A stretch of DNA of 64,000 nucleotides from Clostridia bacterium. Lineage in GTDB: Bacteria > Bacillota > Clostridia > Christensenellales > UBA1242. How positions within the stretch are numbered: position 1 is the first letter of the stretch; the number at the start of each line of letters is the position of its first letter. The DNA lies in NCBI GenBank assembly GCA_009929275.1, contig SAAW01000001.1:26924-90923 (forward strand), read 5' to 3'. The position numbers and the translations under genes were made by a program. Of the stretch, positions 45,359 to 55,857 are shown piece by piece. Below the pieces are notes generated by a model, which was given only the letters and a program-made list of their open reading frames with translations, made no database searches and was not told the DNA's origin.

Positions 45359-47212
45359 TTAAAGCACAATCTCGACATTATATTGTCTGAACCACTCATC
45401 AATTTGAATTAGATGAGCAATGAGTTGAGGTCTTGACATAAGTTGCCCAAGCCAAGGTTTTGAGATATCAAGTGGAGAACTAATCAATTTATATAATTTT
45501 TTTAAGTCCAAAAACTCTGTCAATTTGCAATCTTCCAATTTAAGTCGTCTTTTCAGCTCTTTCACCACAACATTGAAATATTCAGGGTCTTGTGTTTTTG
45601 GATAAGGGCTTTTTTTCCTTGTTACAATGCATTTTGGCAACAACCCTCTCACAGCCTTTCTCATTAATCCTTTTTCACGCCCGTTTAAGAGTTTCCATTC
45701 AAAAGGAATGTTATAAACATAATCCACAATTCGTCTGTCGCAGAAAGGAACTCGAACTTCAAGGCTAGCCCTCATGCTCATTTTGTCTTTTCTTTCAAGC
45801 AAGTTTTGCATAAAACTTTTGATGCTCAAAAATTGAATTTGCTTGAGTTTTTTCTCTTTATTACTCTCATTGTTTAAAAGTGGAGTGTCTCTTAAAGTCT
45901 CAATGTATCTTCTTCTTGCATATTCGGCGGGTTTAATTTTGTCTATAAATTCCTTTTTTAAAATGCTCAATTTTTCATTTTTTTCTTCAATGAAAGGAAA
46001 AAAGTCTTTATTAATTAAGTCTTCTTTCCAAAACCAAGGATAGCCACAAAAAATCTCGTCTGCACATTCGCCAGAAAGGGCGACGGTGAAATTTTTCTTA
46101 ATCTCCTTGCAAAACAAGAGTAGAGATGAATCAATATCCGCCATTCCGGGCGAATCTCTGGCAATCACGGCTTCCACAAGCGAGTCGCACAGCGACTTTT
46201 TACTGCCAAGCATAAAGTATTCGTGATTAGTTCTATATTTTTTCACCATAATTTTAACAAAATCAACATCGGCATTTGGCTGAAACAGGCTCTTTTTAAA
46301 ATACTTATCATTGTTTTCAAAATCAATGGAATATGTGGAAAGTGTTTTATTATTTTTTTTAAGTTCTTTTGAAGCAATTGCAGTTATAATGCTGGAGTCA
46401 AGTCCGCCGGACAAAAATGTGCAGAAGCCAACGTCAGACACAAGTTGAGATTTAATCGAATTTACGATGAGTTTTCTGACCTTTTTTATCGTTTTTCTTT
46501 TTGAATCCGTATGTGGTTTTGCAGAAATTTTATAATAGATTTTCTTTCTCAGTCCATTTTTTTCAAATTCCGCCATTTCGCCACCTTTAAGTTCAAAAAT
46601 ATTCTTAAAAAGGGTTATCCCCTCAGTTTTGATTGGGCATAAACTAAACATTTCCTGCAATCCAGTTTTGTCGATTTGGGCTTTAATCATTTTGCTGGCA
46701 AGAATACTTTTTTGTTCCGAAGCAAAAATAAGACTCTTTCCCACCTGTGCATAGTAAAGGGGTTTCACGCCAAAATTGTCTCTCGCCAAAAAGACTTTCT
46801 TATGTTTTTCATCGTATATTGCAAATGCAAAAATGCCAATTATTTTGTCCAAAATCTTTTCTCCAAAACAAATGTAACCTAAAAGAAGCGTCTCTGTGTC
46901 GCAATTCATCGTTTGCACAAAGCCGTGACTTTCAATCTCAGTTCTAATTTCCAAAGTATTATACAATTCACCATTATACACGATGGTATATTTAAAACCC
47001 TCGAACTCACGGGTCATCGGTTGTTTTCCATTTTCTGGGTCAATAATCGAAAGTCTTCTATGCCCTAAAAAAATATTGTTTTCACAAAAAAATCCCTCGG
47101 CATCTGGACCTCGAAACTTTAATGTTTCAGTCATATTTTTTACTTTTTGCAAATATTTTTCCCGCACAAGAGTTTTATCTTGAAAATTAACAATTCCTGC
47201 TATTCCGCACAT
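45359..47212 (-). CDS. asnB: asparagine synthase (glutamine-hydrolysing)
   Basis: 617 aa. MCGIAG N-terminal nucleophile and SGGLDSS pyrophosphatase motif. Confidence 0.9.
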   Translation of the reverse strand: MCGIAGIVNFQDKTLVREKYLQKVKNMTETLKFRGPDAEGFFCENNIFLGHRRLSIIDPENGKQPMTREFEGFKYTIVYNGELYNTLEIRTEIESHGFVQTMNCDTETLLLGYICFGEKILDKIIGIFAFAIYDEKHKKVFLARDNFGVKPLYYAQVGKSLIFASEQKSILASKMIKAQIDKTGLQEMFSLCPIKTEGITLFKNIFELKGGEMAEFEKNGLRKKIYYKISAKPHTDSKRKTIKKVRKLIVNSIKSQLVSDVGFCTFLSGGLDSSIITAIASKELKKNNKTLSTYSIDFENNDKYFKKSLFQPNADVDFVKIMVKKYRTNHEYFMLGSKKSLCDSLVEAVIARDSPGMADIDSSLLLFCKEIKKNFTVALSGECADEIFCGYPWFWKEDLINKDFFPFIEEKNEKLSILKKEFIDKIKPAEYARRRYIETLRDTPLLNNESNKEKKLKQIQFLSIKSFMQNLLERKDKMSMRASLEVRVPFCDRRIVDYVYNIPFEWKLLNGREKGLMRKAVRGLLPKCIVTRKKSPYPKTQDPEYFNVVVKELKRRLKLEDCKLTEFLDLKKLYKLISSPLDISKPWLGQLMSRPQLIAHLIQIDEWFRQYNVEIVL

Positions 47213-47450
47213 TTTTTCTCCTATTTTTTAATAAAATTACCAGTTGCATTTGAATGATTTATACTTTTTATATTAAAATTATTATAAAATCATTATTCAG
47301 TTTTTTTCATATTCCAGTCTATGAAAAGATTTTTCAAAGTGACACTTTGTAAAAACTTTTTTTTGATTTCAATTAATTGTGAAAATAATTCAATTGAATT
47401 GACTTTAACCTCTTTAAAGATATAAAATTTAGTTATAAAGGCAGGTTTCA

Positions 47451-48326
47451 ATGAAAAAAACTTTTTCTTTTTTAGGAATGGAATTTAACACAAAAAACTC
47501 AATTCTTGCTGTTTCAATTTTCACAGGGATTGTTGGAATTTTGGTCGCAATTGATTTGACTTATAATGCTATGAATTGGTATGGTTTTTTGATTGGAATG
47601 GGGTTCATTGTTGCCATAATTTTTTCTTCCAAACTCGCAAAATATCGGGGGCTTGACAAGCAGTTCCCCTATGAAATCATTTATTTTGTCTTGCCACTTT
47701 CCATAATTGGCGCAAGGGCTTATTATGTAATTTTTAATGGGGTTCCTCTTTTTTGGGACGCATTTATGATTTGGAACGGAGGCTTGGCAATTTATGGCGG
47801 AGTTATCGGCGGGGCAATTGGCGGAATCATATATTGCTTAATCAAAAAACAAAGCATTTTATCTTCGGCTGACGTCGTCGCTCCTGTTTTAATTTTAGGG
47901 CAGGCGATAGGTCGCTGGGGAAACTTCATCAACAAAGAGGTTTATGGTTTTGTCGTGACAGACACTGCTTGGCAATGGTTCCCTTTTGCAGTGCCTATTG
48001 AGAGTTTTGGAGGTTCTGTCACTTGGCATCTTGCCACTTTTTTCTATGAAAGTTTCTTTGACTTAATTGGCTTTTTCCTTTTAGTATTCATTTTAAGACG
48101 AACAAAAAAACATAGAGGGATTGTTGGCTGTGCATATCTTATTTATTATGGAATTGCGAGATATTTCTTGGAAGGTTTAAGGATTCCCGAATATATTCTC
48201 TATCTCCCAAACACCACTTTTCCAGTGTCGCAACTCGTCAGCCTCATAAGCATTGGGTTGGGAATTGTTGGACTTGCAATAATTTTAATTTTAAACAAAA
48301 CAAAAAAAGAAAATCTTTTAAAATAA
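47451..48326 (+). CDS. lgt: prolipoprotein diacylglyceryl transferase
   Basis: 291 aa. GGLAIYGGVIGG and GRWGNFINKE motifs. Polytopic. Confidence 0.9.
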   Translation: MKKTFSFLGMEFNTKNSILAVSIFTGIVGILVAIDLTYNAMNWYGFLIGMGFIVAIIFSSKLAKYRGLDKQFPYEIIYFVLPLSIIGARAYYVIFNGVPLFWDAFMIWNGGLAIYGGVIGGAIGGIIYCLIKKQSILSSADVVAPVLILGQAIGRWGNFINKEVYGFVVTDTAWQWFPFAVPIESFGGSVTWHLATFFYESFFDLIGFFLLVFILRRTKKHRGIVGCAYLIYYGIARYFLEGLRIPEYILYLPNTTFPVSQLVSLISIGLGIVGLAIILILNKTKKENLLK

Positions 48327-48352
48327 ATTTTAAGTAAGAGGTGTTTTAAATT

Positions 48353-49429
48353 TTGAAAAAAATAGTTTCATTTATTTTCGGAGTTATATTCATTGTCACA
48401 AGCAACATATTTCTCTCCAGTTGCGGAGGTAATAACTATTATTATGACGACGGTGGTGATGATATTTTACTCCAATATTTCGACCCAACTCTGCCAGACG
48501 GCACAATCGAATTTTCGACTCCCATTTTGGATTTAGAGCATTTTGACAGAATAATTCCTTTGGGACAAATCAATCCCCCTGGACACACTTTCCCCACAGA
48601 CCACATTTATTTTGTGTTCAATGGGTTTGAACGCACTGTTTATGCACCATGCAAAGGAAAAATTTTATTCATCGAAGAATCAGGAATGTATGGCGACGGT
48701 TCAATAAGAATTGGCGTGACAAACACAATGGCATACTATTTAGGACATATCTTTGTTAATGAAGATTTGCAAGTGGGAGATATTGTCGAGGCTGGTGATG
48801 AAATTGCAATTAGTAGTAACAACAGTTCTTGCGTTGATTTTGGGGTGATAAATAAAAACATTGATAATGAGTTTTTAAGCCAAAAACACCCGCCTTCCAC
48901 ATTGTATGGAGATAAGCCTCTAACTTTTTATAGCGAACCTCTTCGCACTCAACTTTATGAAAAAGTTGTTTCACCTACACCTCCAGACGCGGAAGATTTT
49001 GTCTATGACGAGGGCGTCACCGACGGCGAATTTGCCATTGACTTGGCGGGGACACTTCGTGGGAATTGGTTTAGAGAGGGTTGTTTTAATTCACAAGGGT
49101 GGTATGAATGGACAGACGAATTAGCCTTTGGATATGACACTTTTTACCCAGATCAAATTAGGATTGGGATTGGGACGTCGAGTTATGCTTTTGCCATCAA
49201 TGAAAATGACAACCCATTGAGACCTGAAGATGTTAATTCGTCGTCGGGAGCAGTGGCATATTATCTTTATAATGCAAATAATTTTGTTGGAAAAGTTTTT
49301 TCTACAGGGCGTGAAAAATTGATGATGGTGCAAATGCTTAGCAACACACGGTTAAGACTTGAAATTTTTGATGACGCAATAAGTGCGAGCCGTGAATTCA
49401 CAAGCGCCTCTTCCTTTTATATTAGATAA
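48353..49429 (+). CDS. secreted lipoprotein of unknown function
   Basis: 358 aa with a TTG start. Signal peptide with lipobox LSSCGG. PGHTFPTDHIYF and GHIFV are faintly reminiscent of metallopeptidase His motifs, but I make no such call. Confidence 0.55.
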   Translation: MKKIVSFIFGVIFIVTSNIFLSSCGGNNYYYDDGGDDILLQYFDPTLPDGTIEFSTPILDLEHFDRIIPLGQINPPGHTFPTDHIYFVFNGFERTVYAPCKGKILFIEESGMYGDGSIRIGVTNTMAYYLGHIFVNEDLQVGDIVEAGDEIAISSNNSSCVDFGVINKNIDNEFLSQKHPPSTLYGDKPLTFYSEPLRTQLYEKVVSPTPPDAEDFVYDEGVTDGEFAIDLAGTLRGNWFREGCFNSQGWYEWTDELAFGYDTFYPDQIRIGIGTSSYAFAINENDNPLRPEDVNSSSGAVAYYLYNANNFVGKVFSTGREKLMMVQMLSNTRLRLEIFDDAISASREFTSASSFYIR

Positions 49430-49490
49430 AAAAAGTTTAAGGCAAAATGCTTTAAACTCTTATAAAATTTTTATAGAAAAGAAAAATAAT

Positions 49491-51065
49491 TTATATTATT
49501 GCATTAAAAGTTGAAAGTGCATTCTTTTTTAGATAAATTACCAGACCGCAAATTAATCCAATATAGATTACATTTATTAAAATGCAAAACAAAATCGTTG
49601 AAAATACGCTTGTTAGTAGATATGAATATAGCAAGAATGGAGCAAGTGTCAACACAAACCCAGTAAGCATAAAAATAAGAACATTTGCACTTTGTTTAAC
49701 CATCGCAATCTCGCTTGACCAGTGAAGATTGCAATGTTTTAAGTCAATAACAATCCCCAGTATAGCAGACAAAACAATTGTGGAAAGCATTAAAATTAAA
49801 ATTAGCGCAACTTGCAAAATGGAAAAATTAAAGAAAATTGAAAGGATTGTCACCCCAATGACGTTTGGGATTAAAAACAGCGAAATCATTGCAAGCATTT
49901 TGCCAAAAATAATCTGTGATAAACTCACTGGCAATGTTTTTAAAAGCCAAAAATATTTCCCTTCCAGTGAAAATGTTGTGGTGGTTGTGCTTGCCATCAA
50001 ATTTGAGATGCCTATTATTAAAAATGAAATCGAAAATCCATCAATAATTCCAAACATATCCATCGACCCAGTTAAGACCGAAACTGCAAAAATAATCAAA
50101 ATTAAAGGACCTGCACAACTGTTTAAGAGGACCATTGGCGAAGAAAAAATTCGTCCATACTCTTTGTGTAAAATTGAAACAATGGCACTTTTGCTCTTTG
50201 CCTGATAGGCAATAGCTTTAACATTTGCAGACTTATTAAAATATGAATTCAAATATTTATATTTTTTTGCGATTGCAAAAACAAGCAATAAAAATGGAAC
50301 AAGTGAAACCAAAACAAAATAAAACAAATTTAAAAAATCATTATATGCAATTGCCTTACTGATGAACAGGCTTGGAAAATATATTGTCAGCATTGTTGAG
50401 TATGTCGCTTGTGCATTTGTGACAATACTCATCATAAAATCTTGCATTTTAAAACTCATAATCATTATGCAAACAAACAATGCGATTAGTAAAATTAAGT
50501 TTAAAATATTTTTATATCTAAAATTAATTGTGGCAAAATTGACCAAAAAAGCTAGTAGAAGCCCAATGAACATTGGAAACAGTGGAAGAAGCAAAAATCC
50601 AATTATTGTGAATAAAAAAGCGATGAAATTAAACCCCGCGAACACAAAATAGATGACTGCGATTGGAGCGAAAAATATTAAGCCTATGGCATAGCAAAAA
50701 AGAAGAAGACTTGTGAGTTTACTTAAAATGACGACCCAATTTTTTAGTGGAAAACTTGCAAGTAGGTCATAGTCTTTTGCTTTAAAAATAAAATTAAAAC
50801 TGCTGAAAAAAACTTGAAGGAAAACCATCATAGAAGAAAGAAGAAATGCAAGGACAATAAGTATTTTTTCCATATGAACAGTTGAAAGCGAAACTCCCAT
50901 CTGATAGGCGGAAAAACTGAAAATGAAGACTAGATATAAGACAGCGATCAACAAAATTATGGAATAAGTATATTTTTTTTTCTTGCTTGCTTCTTTGTCC
51001 ATAAATGAGGTTCTCACAAAAAGTTGAGAGAGATTTATTTTAACAAGTGCCCAAAAATTATTCAT
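49491..51065 (-). CDS. large polytopic ABC exporter permease-like protein
   Basis: 524 aa with 12 or more TM helices. The start overlaps the upstream ATPase stop by 8 nt. Paralogue of 59740-61362. Confidence 0.6.
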   Translation of the reverse strand: MNNFWALVKINLSQLFVRTSFMDKEASKKKKYTYSIILLIAVLYLVFIFSFSAYQMGVSLSTVHMEKILIVLAFLLSSMMVFLQVFFSSFNFIFKAKDYDLLASFPLKNWVVILSKLTSLLLFCYAIGLIFFAPIAVIYFVFAGFNFIAFLFTIIGFLLLPLFPMFIGLLLAFLVNFATINFRYKNILNLILLIALFVCIMIMSFKMQDFMMSIVTNAQATYSTMLTIYFPSLFISKAIAYNDFLNLFYFVLVSLVPFLLLVFAIAKKYKYLNSYFNKSANVKAIAYQAKSKSAIVSILHKEYGRIFSSPMVLLNSCAGPLILIIFAVSVLTGSMDMFGIIDGFSISFLIIGISNLMASTTTTTFSLEGKYFWLLKTLPVSLSQIIFGKMLAMISLFLIPNVIGVTILSIFFNFSILQVALILILMLSTIVLSAILGIVIDLKHCNLHWSSEIAMVKQSANVLIFMLTGFVLTLAPFLLYSYLLTSVFSTILFCILINVIYIGLICGLVIYLKKNALSTFNAII

Positions 51066-51768
51066 TTTCTAACTCCAAAAAAATGTCTTCAAGAGTGGAA
51101 TCTTTTTTGATTTCACTCATAGTTCCGCATTTGATTATCTCACCTTTTTTGATTATCGCAACTTTGTTACAAAGTTTTTCGGCAACTTCAAGGACGTGGG
51201 TTGAAAAGAAGATTGCACCGCCTTCATCGCAAAATTGTTTCATCATTAATTTTAAAGCATGCGAAGCAACAGGGTCCAGCCCAACAAAAGGTTCGTCCAA
51301 AATGAGAAGTTTTGGCTTGTGTATAAAACTTGAAATTAAGACGAGTTTTTGCCTCATTCCATGTGAATATGTGCTTATCTTTTGCGACAAATTTTTGTCG
51401 ATACCAAATGCTTTTGAATATGAATCAATCAGTTTTTTACGTTCAATTTTTTCGATTTGATATATGTTTGAAACAAAATCAAGGTATTGCGAACCTGTCA
51501 TAAAATCATAAACATCAGGGTTATCGGGGACATAAGCCACAATTTTCTTACAATCATCAGGCTGTGTTTTAATGCTTTTCCCGTCAATGAAAATCTCGCC
51601 TTCATCAAAGTCAATGATCCCACACACCGCTTTAATAAGCGTGCTCTTGCCTGCTCCATTATGCCCAATGAAAGCAAACAAGTCCTTTGGGCTCACTTCG
51701 AGCGAAAGGTTTTTGACTGCTGGTTTATTTTTTATGTAACATTTTGTAAAATTTTTTATACTAAGCAT
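51058..51768 (-). CDS. ABC transporter ATP-binding protein
   Basis: 236 aa. Walker A GHNGAGKST, signature YSHGMRQKL, Walker B LLILDEP and an H-loop. Confidence 0.88.
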   Translation of the reverse strand: MLSIKNFTKCYIKNKPAVKNLSLEVSPKDLFAFIGHNGAGKSTLIKAVCGIIDFDEGEIFIDGKSIKTQPDDCKKIVAYVPDNPDVYDFMTGSQYLDFVSNIYQIEKIERKKLIDSYSKAFGIDKNLSQKISTYSHGMRQKLVLISSFIHKPKLLILDEPFVGLDPVASHALKLMMKQFCDEGGAIFFSTHVLEVAEKLCNKVAIIKKGEIIKCGTMSEIKKDSTLEDIFLELENE

Positions 51769-51842
51769 TATTTCTTTCCTTTAATTCTAATAAGTTAATT
51801 ATATTATATTTTAATAAAAAAATCTAGTATTTATGAATTATT

Positions 51843-51870
51843 AAAAAAGACAAAATAGATTTGTCTTTTT
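51843..51870 (-). terminator. rho-independent terminator after the BclA-like gene pair
   Basis: Stem agacaaa / tttgtct with a 5-nt loop, flanked by A and T runs. Confidence 0.5.
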
Positions 51871-51891
51871 ATATTTATCTTTTATAAGTTT

Positions 51892-52842
51892 TTAAATTTC
51901 AGTTTTTTTAAGATTTGACGATTTTTTGGCAGAAGGTGTTTCAGTGATAATTATCGATGCTTCGGTTGCAGGAATAAAAGTTGGGTTTGTGCCTGCCATA
52001 TCTTCTGTGACGACAATCATTCCATAGGGTGATTTATAGATAAATCCCGAGCGAGAATTTCCAATGCTAAAAACGACATCATCAACTGCTGTTCCTTCTG
52101 GCAAATAGTCGTGAACGGAAGTAATAACGTCTGTCGACCACCCCGCTGGAAAAGGCTCCAATGGGGACAAAAAAGTCATACTTTCATCATAAGTCGAGCC
52201 GTCACCTGCATAAATTCCCGTTATCATATTTAGCGGAACTGCCTGAATTGCTCCTTCATCTGTTGATATGAAAAGCCCCACTCCGCTTGAAGACGAATAA
52301 AGTGCCGTTGGAGTTCCTTCCATATAATATAGTCCTCTGACAAAAATTGAAAGGATATTGTCAGGATAAAGAGTGATGATTTGAGAGAGGACGTTTGTTA
52401 GTTGCAAAATTTGAAAATTATACATTGTTGAAGTGGGAGCATCTTCTTTAACCATTGAAATCATAAGCGTTGCTTTAACAGAAGTATTACTGCATAAATA
52501 TGCTGTTCCAGCGCTTGAATTTACAAGTCGCAAAGTGGTGGGGGAAGTCACTTGAACAATGCCTATCCCCGAAAAACTGCTTGTTTTTGAAGGTGAATTT
52601 GAAATTATATTCGCTCCACTTCCAGAAATAAGAGAGAATGAAACGTCGAGCCCCGCAGAAACGCTTTGATTTGCCACCCACCAACTTATGTGATAGTTCC
52701 CCGCTTCGCTCAAAGTGATAATTCCGCTGGAAGTGTTGTAACTCATTGAACCTTCATTTAAGACAACATTGTCAAAAATAATATTTTCATTTGTTAAAAC
52801 TTGACCCATAAGCGTTTTTTGAATTAATAATAAATTCTCCAT
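51892..52842 (-). CDS. BclA-C-terminal-like (C1q/TNF-like) domain protein with an extra C-terminal domain
   Basis: 316 aa. The N-terminal 130 aa (IIFDNVVLNEG..GIITLSEAGNYHISWWVANQS..TLRLVNSS..KATLMISMV) are paralogous to the C-terminal domains of the 52847 and 53599 proteins. Starts 4 nt after the upstream stop. Confidence 0.55.
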   Translation of the reverse strand: MENLLLIQKTLMGQVLTNENIIFDNVVLNEGSMSYNTSSGIITLSEAGNYHISWWVANQSVSAGLDVSFSLISGSGANIISNSPSKTSSFSGIGIVQVTSPTTLRLVNSSAGTAYLCSNTSVKATLMISMVKEDAPTSTMYNFQILQLTNVLSQIITLYPDNILSIFVRGLYYMEGTPTALYSSSSGVGLFISTDEGAIQAVPLNMITGIYAGDGSTYDESMTFLSPLEPFPAGWSTDVITSVHDYLPEGTAVDDVVFSIGNSRSGFIYKSPYGMIVVTEDMAGTNPTFIPATEASIIITETPSAKKSSNLKKTEI

Positions 52843-52846
52843 TTTG

Positions 52847-53428
52847 TCACAACTTTTGTATCACAATGTCTGCTTGCACGAGTGAAGTCGCAAGAATAAC
52901 TGTATCTCCTGTGTTGTTGACCAAAGACAAAGTTGCGGGAACGCTCCCCACATCAAACAGCCCTTGCCCATATAATTCCAAAGTTGTCAATCCTGTTGGC
53001 GATGAAGCCGAGATTGATGTCGCTCCACTTTCTGCACTGAAAATAACGCTCGTTGACTGGCTCGCTCCATCAACATTAACCCACCAATTAACTAAATATC
53101 TGCCAGGTGCGTTTAGAGTGAAAATTCCAGTGGTGTCATCATACGTTATCTCGCTTGATGTGTTCAAGAGAACTGTGTCAAAAATGATATTTGCACCGTC
53201 TAAAATTGCTCCCTCACTATTATCCTGCAATTGTGCCTGAATGGACGTCAAAACCACAGGAGGTGGATTATTTATAATTGAAAAATGCGAACAGCCACGT
53301 TTTGATTCTCTAAAACAATCTGGATAGTAATTATCACATTTTGACTCGTGACAATGCTCGCAACATTTGTCGAAATGAGGCTTGTGACAAGGCTGGCAAC
53401 ATAGACTGCAACAATTAAACCTATTCAT
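52847..53428 (-). CDS. Cys/His-rich N-terminal domain plus BclA-C-terminal-like domain protein
   Basis: 193 aa. The N-terminal 47 aa contain 12 Cys and 5 His (NCCSLCCQPCHKPHFDKCCEHCHESKCDNYYPDC). The C-terminal domain reads IIFDTVLLNTS..GIFTLNAPGRYLVNWWVNVDG..ADIVIQKL. Confidence 0.6.
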   Translation of the reverse strand: MNRFNCCSLCCQPCHKPHFDKCCEHCHESKCDNYYPDCFRESKRGCSHFSIINNPPPVVLTSIQAQLQDNSEGAILDGANIIFDTVLLNTSSEITYDDTTGIFTLNAPGRYLVNWWVNVDGASQSTSVIFSAESGATSISASSPTGLTTLELYGQGLFDVGSVPATLSLVNNTGDTVILATSLVQADIVIQKL

Positions 53429-53562
53429 AAAAAAACTCCTTTTATATTTTTCATAGCAAAAAATTTTCTACTATGTATAAAAAAGTTTCCTATCTCATAT
53501 TATGAAAAATTCTGTATTCAGTGTTATTTTTTTTATTTTTAACATATGAAAAATCATTTTAA

Positions 53563-54351
<789 letters not shown>

Positions 54352-54371
54352 TATTTTACAGCAAACAAAAT

Positions 54372-54401
54372 AAAAAACGAGGAATAATTCCTCGCTTTTT
54401 T
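54372..54401. terminator. bidirectional terminator
   Basis: Perfect palindrome cgaggaat-a-attcctcg (54378-54394), preceded by A6 and followed by CTTTTTT. Confidence 0.62.
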
Positions 54402-54429
54402 ATTAGTTTATCAAAAATATTTTTAAAAA

Positions 54430-54975
54430 TTAATTTTCTCTTTTAAACATACTTTTAACTGCATAAACAATAGGCAATGCCCCAAAAATCATCATATTAA
54501 TAATTTTTGTGTAGGTTGCCGAATTCAATGCATATTCTGAAACTTCAAGTTTGTTGATAAAGGCTTCCTTAGTGATGTTACCGATTGCTTCAATCTCAAT
54601 GCCTGCTGGAAGAGTGTCTGCAACAGCAAATCCAGTTTGAATTTCTGATCTGGCAAAGTCCACATATGCAACTGCACTTGTCATGCTTAAAAGTGCGAAA
54701 ACTAATGCACCAACGCCAAGCACTAAAAGAACATAGTTGCCGATTTTTTGTGTGCTTTCAAACATTCTTAAAACAACGAACGCAAGAATTGCAACAAAAA
54801 ATAACATTTGAGCAATAAGTGAATAAAGACCGCTTGTATACATTGCATCAGTATATTCTCCCAAAGAAACATCTCTAACAGGTCCGCTGAGAAGTAGAAT
54901 TGCGGTGAAAACAACACCCACAAAAGCCAAAATAGAAACAACAAGTTTAACCCAATTTTCTTTTACAAAATCCAT
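54430..54975 (-). CDS. four-TM membrane protein, unknown function
   Basis: 181 aa, GGAGG RBS, four hydrophobic helices. Confidence 0.55.
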   Translation of the reverse strand: MDFVKENWVKLVVSILAFVGVVFTAILLLSGPVRDVSLGEYTDAMYTSGLYSLIAQMLFFVAILAFVVLRMFESTQKIGNYVLLVLGVGALVFALLSMTSAVAYVDFARSEIQTGFAVADTLPAGIEIEAIGNITKEAFINKLEVSEYALNSATYTKIINMMIFGALPIVYAVKSMFKREN

Positions 54976-55066
54976 TTTTACCTCCTTTTAAGCCTTTTTG
55001 TTAAACTTATGCTTTAACAAAAATCTATTTTAGTTTAGCCAAACAAATAATTTTTGTCAAACAAAA

Positions 55067-55085
55067 TAGTTAGTTAAACTAACTA
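55067..55085. promoter_or_regulatory. 9-1-9 perfect palindrome, candidate operator
   Basis: tagttagtt-a-aactaacta. Lies about 95 nt upstream of the 54975 start and downstream of the MarR gene. Confidence 0.35.
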
Positions 55086-55297
55086 ATTTATTTATATGTT
55101 TTTGTTTTGTCTAAAATGACGAAAATATTTTTCATTTCTATTGTTTTTTTTCATAATTATTTCTTTTAGTTTTTTACAATAAAAACTTTCATAGAGGTTA
55201 AACTCTATAAAAATAATATCTCTCATTTTAAGATTTCTATGCAAATGCAAAAATAAAAAAAGTTTCAATAAGAAACTTTTTTAATAATTCTTTTAGT

Positions 55298-55762
55298 TTA
55301 AAACTCCGACTTAAACATTTCGTTTAAGGTGCTGACACCTTTTGCTAAAAACTTTTTTTCTTCATTTTTTAAGTTTTTTGAAATCTTCGCAATCATATTT
55401 TTGTGGAAATTTTCGTGCTGTTCATTTATCTTTTTGCCCTTTTTGGTGAGTTGCAGATATGTATGCCTTGCGTCTGTTTTGCTCTTGTTTTTAATCAAAA
55501 ACCCACCTTGAACAAGTTTGTTCACCATAACCGTCACACTAGCCAGAGTTATTCCAAAAGATTTTGATATTATGCTTACCGTTGTGCAATTTTCCTTGTC
55601 GTTTGCAACGATTTCAAGCAGGTGAACTTCACGCATTGAAAGCCCCGACTTTGTTATACTGTTAATCATTTTAAGTTCAACTTTTAAAATGTTATGAAAA
55701 GTGTCCACTATAAGCAAATTAAACTCTTTTTCAAAATTTTTATCGTCCATCATTTTCTCCAA
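55298..55762 (-). CDS. MarR-family transcriptional regulator
   Basis: 154 aa. A winged-HTH core (GLSMREVHLLEIV..TVSIISKSFGITLASVTVMVNKLVQGGFLIK..D.R) flanked by dimerisation helices. Confidence 0.8.
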   Translation of the reverse strand: MEKMMDDKNFEKEFNLLIVDTFHNILKVELKMINSITKSGLSMREVHLLEIVANDKENCTTVSIISKSFGITLASVTVMVNKLVQGGFLIKNKSKTDARHTYLQLTKKGKKINEQHENFHKNMIAKISKNLKNEEKKFLAKGVSTLNEMFKSEF

Positions 55763-55857
55763 AAAAATAATAACATATCTCTCAATATTTTTAAAACATT
55801 TTTTTATTTTTATTATAAATGAGTTTTTTTGATATAACTTTTTTATATTTTATAAAA

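Noticed and set aside
45148-45390. 80-aa plus-strand ORF spanning the asnB-dapF intergenic region.
   Set aside because: It runs through three perfect hairpins, overlaps the ends of two solid minus-strand genes and has no RBS. The region is better explained as structured RNA.
47213-47450. T-box or other riboswitch leader upstream of asnB.
   Set aside because: The 238-nt region is almost pure A/T. It lacks a T-box consensus (AGGGTGGNACCGCG-like) and any terminator/antiterminator pair that I could fold.
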